Below, piece by piece: positions 48,922 through 51,939 of a stretch of 51,939 nt of DNA. The translations under genes were made by a program, and so were the position numbers. The stretch is from Octopus bimaculoides (Eukaryota), in NCBI RefSeq assembly GCF_001194135.2, contig NC_068981.1:148329282-148381220 (forward strand). Direction: 5' to 3'. Position 1 is the stretch's first letter. The number at the start of each line of letters is the position of its first letter. The notes beneath the pieces are model-generated. The model saw only the letters and a list, made by a program, of their open reading frames with translations, made no database searches and was not told the origin of the DNA.

Positions 48922-49175
48922 CACACATTTGAATGTGGTGTGTGCCAGAGGGTTTGCAAATCCAATGGGGGTCTTAAAAGACATGTTAGGATCCACAATG
49001 AGCAGAACTTACTTGCAGGTATTGCTAGTGCAAATCAGAGGTGCAATCTGTGTGGGTGTTTTTTCAAAACACTGTCTGGTTTAAAAAGCCACATCAGACG
49101 CCATGAAAGGGCTAAGGTGTAGGTGCAGGAGGTGGTCAAACTCTGTTTAAGGAGTAGACAACCACCATATGTATG
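48922..49175 (+). mobile_element. Probable LINE 3' terminus encoding two C2H2 fingers, embedded in (ATGT)n
   Basis: FECGVCQRVCKSNGGLKRHVRIH..QRCNLCGCFFKTLSGLKSHIRRH* ; no TGEKP linker, no evident splice acceptor or start; short tail then (ATGT)n on both sides. Confidence 0.6.
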
Positions 49176-49257
49176 CATGTATGAATGCATGCACGTATGT
49201 TTATATGTATATTTGTGTGTTAAGTACGTATGTAAAATATATATATATATATATATA

Positions 49258-49393
49258 NNNNNNNNNNNNNNNNNNNNNNNNNNNNNNNNNNNNNNNNNNN
49301 NNNNNNNNNNNNNNNNNNNNNNNNNNNNNNNNNNNNNNNNNNNNNNNNNNNNNNNNNNNNNNNNNNNNNNNNNNNNNNNNNNNNNNNNNNNNN
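49258..49393. other. Assembly gap adjoining the SLC26 exon (one of about 11 N-runs in the window)
   Basis: 136 N directly after the last readable codons on the minus strand. Confidence 0.99.
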
Positions 49394-49394
49394 C

Positions 49395-49535
49395 TTTTTA
49401 GCTTCCATAATTTTAAAACAATTGAAGCGTCTATCATTCCAATCACTGCATGGATAATGATAGCAGCAAGGGCAGCTGTAGGGATGTATTTGACGACAGG
49501 CGTAAAAGTTTTCAAAGCCAACAGCACAGCAGAAC
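49395..49535 (-). CDS. SLC26A11: SLC26A11-like anion transporter, internal exon (TM region); 3' edge abuts an N-gap
   Basis: Acceptor cttcttttacag|GT, then (G)SAVLLALKTFTPVVKYIPTAALAAIIIHAVIGMIDASIVLKLWKLK. Matches the SLC26/SulP late TM segment (recalled human SLC26A11: LLSLDYLTSLFYYIPKSALAAVIIMAVAPLFDTKIFRTLWRVK). The exon may continue into the gap 49258-49393. Confidence 0.9.
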
Positions 49536-49689
49536 CTGTAAAAGAAGTGATAACACAATAAAAATATTGACTGGTACAAGTCTGGAAAGAAACAACAAAA
49601 ATACTGAGTGAATCATCGTCAGTTGCTTATGACAATCCATTAAAGGTGATGACAGTGTTGATCCAAGCCATTCATCTTCTCCTGCCTCC

Positions 49690-50030
49690 AGCACATTGTT
49701 CCTCATGTGGCTGGATGTGTCTGACAAGACTGATATGAGACAGGCAGATCCTGTGGCACTGAAGGCACTGAAAGTGACCCCAAACAACAGTTGTAGGGGG
49801 GTTGATTACGATGTCTCCTCCTCACTTCATGCCGTCTCCTGTGTTTGGTTTCAAAGTACTCTGCTTCAACATCACATGTGGAACCTCCATGTCTTCCAAT
49901 TGACAGCCAGGAGCTTGAACTGATTGAAAGGAACACTACATAAAATGAGATGATCATGAAAATGAAGTTTTGGACGTTCATGAGGCCTACTTCCAGTCTC
50001 AATCTCACTGAAGAGAACCATCTTTGGGAG
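49690..50030 (-). mobile_element. RTE-like LINE C-terminal fragment with one C2H2 finger, frameshifted
   Basis: Across frames: RSRPHERPKLHF..LLAVNWKTWR..FETKHRRRHEVRRRHR..FQCLQCHRICLSHISLVRHIQPH. Confidence 0.55.
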
Positions 50031-50719
50031 TCAGTTAGCTGGAATCCAAATCACTTGGCCAACCCAGCAGAGAAGACATATCACAGTACATTATCTTGAC
50101 ATATGATAGAATGTAAACTGAAGCTAGCTTTTGTCTCACAGAGTGTAATGGGCACTGGCATGGCTGTGTGGTTAAGAACTTCCTTTGTGCAGCTACATGA
50201 TTTCGAGTTTGATCTCAAGGTATAACATCTTGGGCAAGTATCTTCTCCTATAACCTTAACTGGGTCAAAATCTTGTGAGTGTAATTTGATGGACAAAAAC
50301 TGTGTGGAAGTCCAATGAAGTAAGTGTTCCCATTCTTGGGTGATAGATTTAATCTGCCACTTGGATTGTACAACAACCATCAACCATCATCAACACTGCT
50401 GTTGCCTCAACTCACTCATCTCCTTCGACAAACTGTCTAATGTTTTACATATTAGTTTGTTCACCACCTTTAAGAAAAATCATAATAATTTCTAACACAG
50501 GTACATGGCTAAAAATTGTGGGGTGGGGAGAATAGTTGATTGAATTAACCTATATCACAAATGGGTGAAGGATATAAAGCAAAGCCAATCCTGGCTAAGT
50601 TTGACTTCATGTATTCTGGTGTTATAGAATATAGAGTTGATACCTTGTTTGGTAACAAAATAAAAAAAATAAAAAACTGAAACAAAGTAAATAAGCAAAT
50701 AAACAACACACAAAAGTGT

Positions 50720-51106
50720 TGTTGTTGTTGGCACTCTGTTGCTTACGACGTCGAGGGTTCCAGTTGATCCGATCAACGGAACAGCCTGCTCGTGAAATTA
50801 ACGTGCAAGTGGCTGAGCACGCCACAGACACGTGTACCCTTAACCTAGTTCTCGGGGATATTCAGTGTGACACAGTGTGACAAGGCTGACCCTTTGAATT
50901 ACAGGCACAACAGAAACAGGAAGTAAGAGTGAGAGAAAGTTGTGGTGAAAGAGTACAGCAGAGTTCGCCATCATCTCCTGCCGGAGCCTCGTGGAGCTTT
51001 AGGTGTTTTCGCTCAATAAACACTCACAACGCCCGGTCTGGTAATAGAAACTGATCCTATGACCGTGAGTCCGCTGCCCTAACCACTGGGCCATTGCGCC
51101 TCCACT
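50720..51106 (-). mobile_element. Young tRNA-derived SINE (family A), 12-bp TSD acacaaaagtgt
   Basis: Reverse-complement near-copy of 34737-35135; acacaaaagtgt at 50708-50719 and 51107-51118. Confidence 0.9.
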
Positions 51107-51939
51107 ACACAAAAGTGTAACATATAAAAAAGAACAAAATAGAAAGCAACAGTGTTTTTAATGACAAAGCTGTTTGGATAAATGGACAAATGAAAAGATC
51201 AATGTAGAAGAACTCAGATCACTCTGGATATTGTTATTGTTTAGCCAGGAACCAAACACAAAATCAAATGGACATCCAATTCATTTTTGGTGTCTACAGT
51301 ATCAAATGGATTCTTTAACTTTTCATACAAAATAGTGTAACATGAATTACAGAAGGATGTGGATGCTATTTCTAAGAAGTTGAATGACCATGTAGAGGCT
51401 CCTTTATCAGATCATACTGGTTTAGACAAGATAGGTGCAGTTAGAAAACAGGATGTGGTAGCAGCTTTCTGCTAACAAAAAAAAAATTTATGTAGTTCCT
51501 TATTTAGTGACTTTCTAACTTAATTTTGGAATATTTAATATAAAAAGAACCTGAAATTAAAAGCAAAAAAATCTACACACACCTTGCAATACACAATGTT
51601 ATATGTGACTATGTACACATGTAAGAATATATACATATACTGGTGTATATGTATACATGTATGTGTGTGTGTGTGTGTGTGTGTGCATTTGTGTCTGCAT
51701 GTGAAGTAATGTTATCCTTATATTTTAAATAAACATCTTTCTTGACACGAAGAGTCAAAGAAAGTTTATATTGTGGAGAGAATTGAACTTTCTCAAAAGT
51801 ATAAATAAAAAGTAAAATTTTAAGGGAAAATGAAAAATTGAAATACATAATGTTGATGACCATGATGATGATTACAGGCCCAAAATAGTTGGTTGCTGTT
51901 ATGATGTTGCTGATGATGACGGCAACATCCTCCTTAATC

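Overview
AT-rich, repeat-dense, gapped eukaryotic (animal) DNA. The repeat landscape looks like a coleoid cephalopod, probably Octopus (inference from recalled repeat families, not a search). One host gene could be reconstructed by hand: the 3' part of an SLC26A11-like anion transporter on the minus strand. Six small exons (49535-49395, 31694-31623, 27699-27600, 21964-21897, 10402-10337, 9475-9380) encode the last TM helices and the STAS domain; five of them join in frame and about 20 expected residues after the first probably fall in an N-gap. The 0.9-17.7 kb introns hold decayed mobile elements: a Penelope-like (GIY-YIG) fragment, a Helitron 5' half, a Ty3/Gypsy 5' half, two head-to-head D,D34D mariners, RTE-type LINE 3' ends, several SINE families, MITEs and microsatellites. 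The least explained signals are (i) seven to eight hammerhead-ribozyme-like motifs, one with an intact core beside the Penelope fragment and three in short TA-microsatellite-associated elements with covarying stems, and (ii) several strong intronic inverted repeats, including a 90-nt pre-miRNA-sized hairpin. Most entries of the ORF track are microsatellite, low-complexity or N-gap artefacts. No rRNA, true tRNA gene or CRISPR array was found. Coordinates were read by hand; repeat boundaries are approximate.
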